Assembly (NCBI RefSeq): GCF_964355755.1
Contig: NC_092670.1
Location: 21,934,795-21,998,794 of the forward strand
DNA length: 64,000 bases
Source: Antedon mediterranea
Taxonomy: Eukaryota; Animalia; Echinodermata
Reading direction: 5' to 3'
Shown here: piece after piece, positions 63,401-64,000 of the stretch
Layout of the letters: each line of letters starts with the position of its first letter
How positions within the stretch are numbered: the first letter of the stretch is position 1
Program-made: the position numbers and the translations under genes
The notes under the pieces: model-generated
Told to the model about the DNA's origin: nothing
The model's input: only the letters and a program-made list of their open reading frames with translations
Databases searched by the model: none

Positions 63401-64000
63401 AAAATCGGAATAAGCGATTAGAAAATTAAGTTCAAATAACTAAAAATATAAGTAAAATATGACCAAGTCATGATACCTTTGATACAAGAATTTATCAATT
63501 TTTAATTATACATCAACTCCGGTGTCGATACACAGTAGGCCTAAGTATGCGATAAGAATTACAAAAATCTTAAAATGTGTTATAAGTTTTCATTTGGGAA
63601 TTACCCAATTTATGGAAATAATCATTGCATAATATCCTATTAATTTAAAAGCGTATTTATACATCATACATTTACTTAAATGTGAGATTTAGAAACACGG
63701 ATTAATTGCCTTGACAGCGTAAAACATTTAATTGTAGTTCATTAAATTTTACTAGGAAAACTCACTCAATTTTCTAGGTTACATTTAATTGCAGCATTGG
63801 CGTCGATTTTTAGATCGTGCCAGTATACTGTGCGGAGTTAGTTCCGTTGTTTAACCAGCATGCTGAGCTAGACTTTTGCTGCAGCTAATGCATGTAAACA
63901 CGAAGAAACCAATCATTGTTTTACTAAAATAAAGTAGTCTATTTTCAATTATTTATCACCATTTTAGAAATTAACAAGAATATAATCATTTGTGTATGTA

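Noticed and set aside
24200-64000. The remaining 60-120 aa ORFs in the ORF track
   Set aside because: AT-rich F/I/L/Y-biased translations, many with non-ATG starts, and no exon chain or known motifs.

Overview
AT-rich, intron-containing animal genomic DNA. It is probably a marine invertebrate; an echinoderm is a guess from repeat style only. The left ~16.5 kb holds the first 12 coding exons of POLR3E (RNA polymerase III subunit RPC5/SIN) on the minus strand. I reconstructed them by hand with GT-AG boundaries and consistent phases, and the gene continues off the left edge. About 300 bp upstream, head-to-head, is an intronless 452-aa gene that looks like a transposase-derived protein lacking its catalytic core. 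The remaining ~45 kb has no supportable protein gene. It contains MITEs, Helentron-associated (HINE/DINE-1-like) elements, tRNA-derived SINE-like fragments and tandem duplications, plus strongly over-represented palindromes (ACGCGCGCGT, TAGGCCTA). The main finding is a ~710-bp HINE-like element in the first coding intron of POLR3E. It carries two tRNA-Val(AAC)-derived units with intact A/B boxes and T-terminators but damaged cloverleaves, oriented antisense to POLR3E. This looks like an independently evolved, transposon-delivered counterpart of the antisense Pol III MIR 'roadblock' known in mammalian Polr3e.
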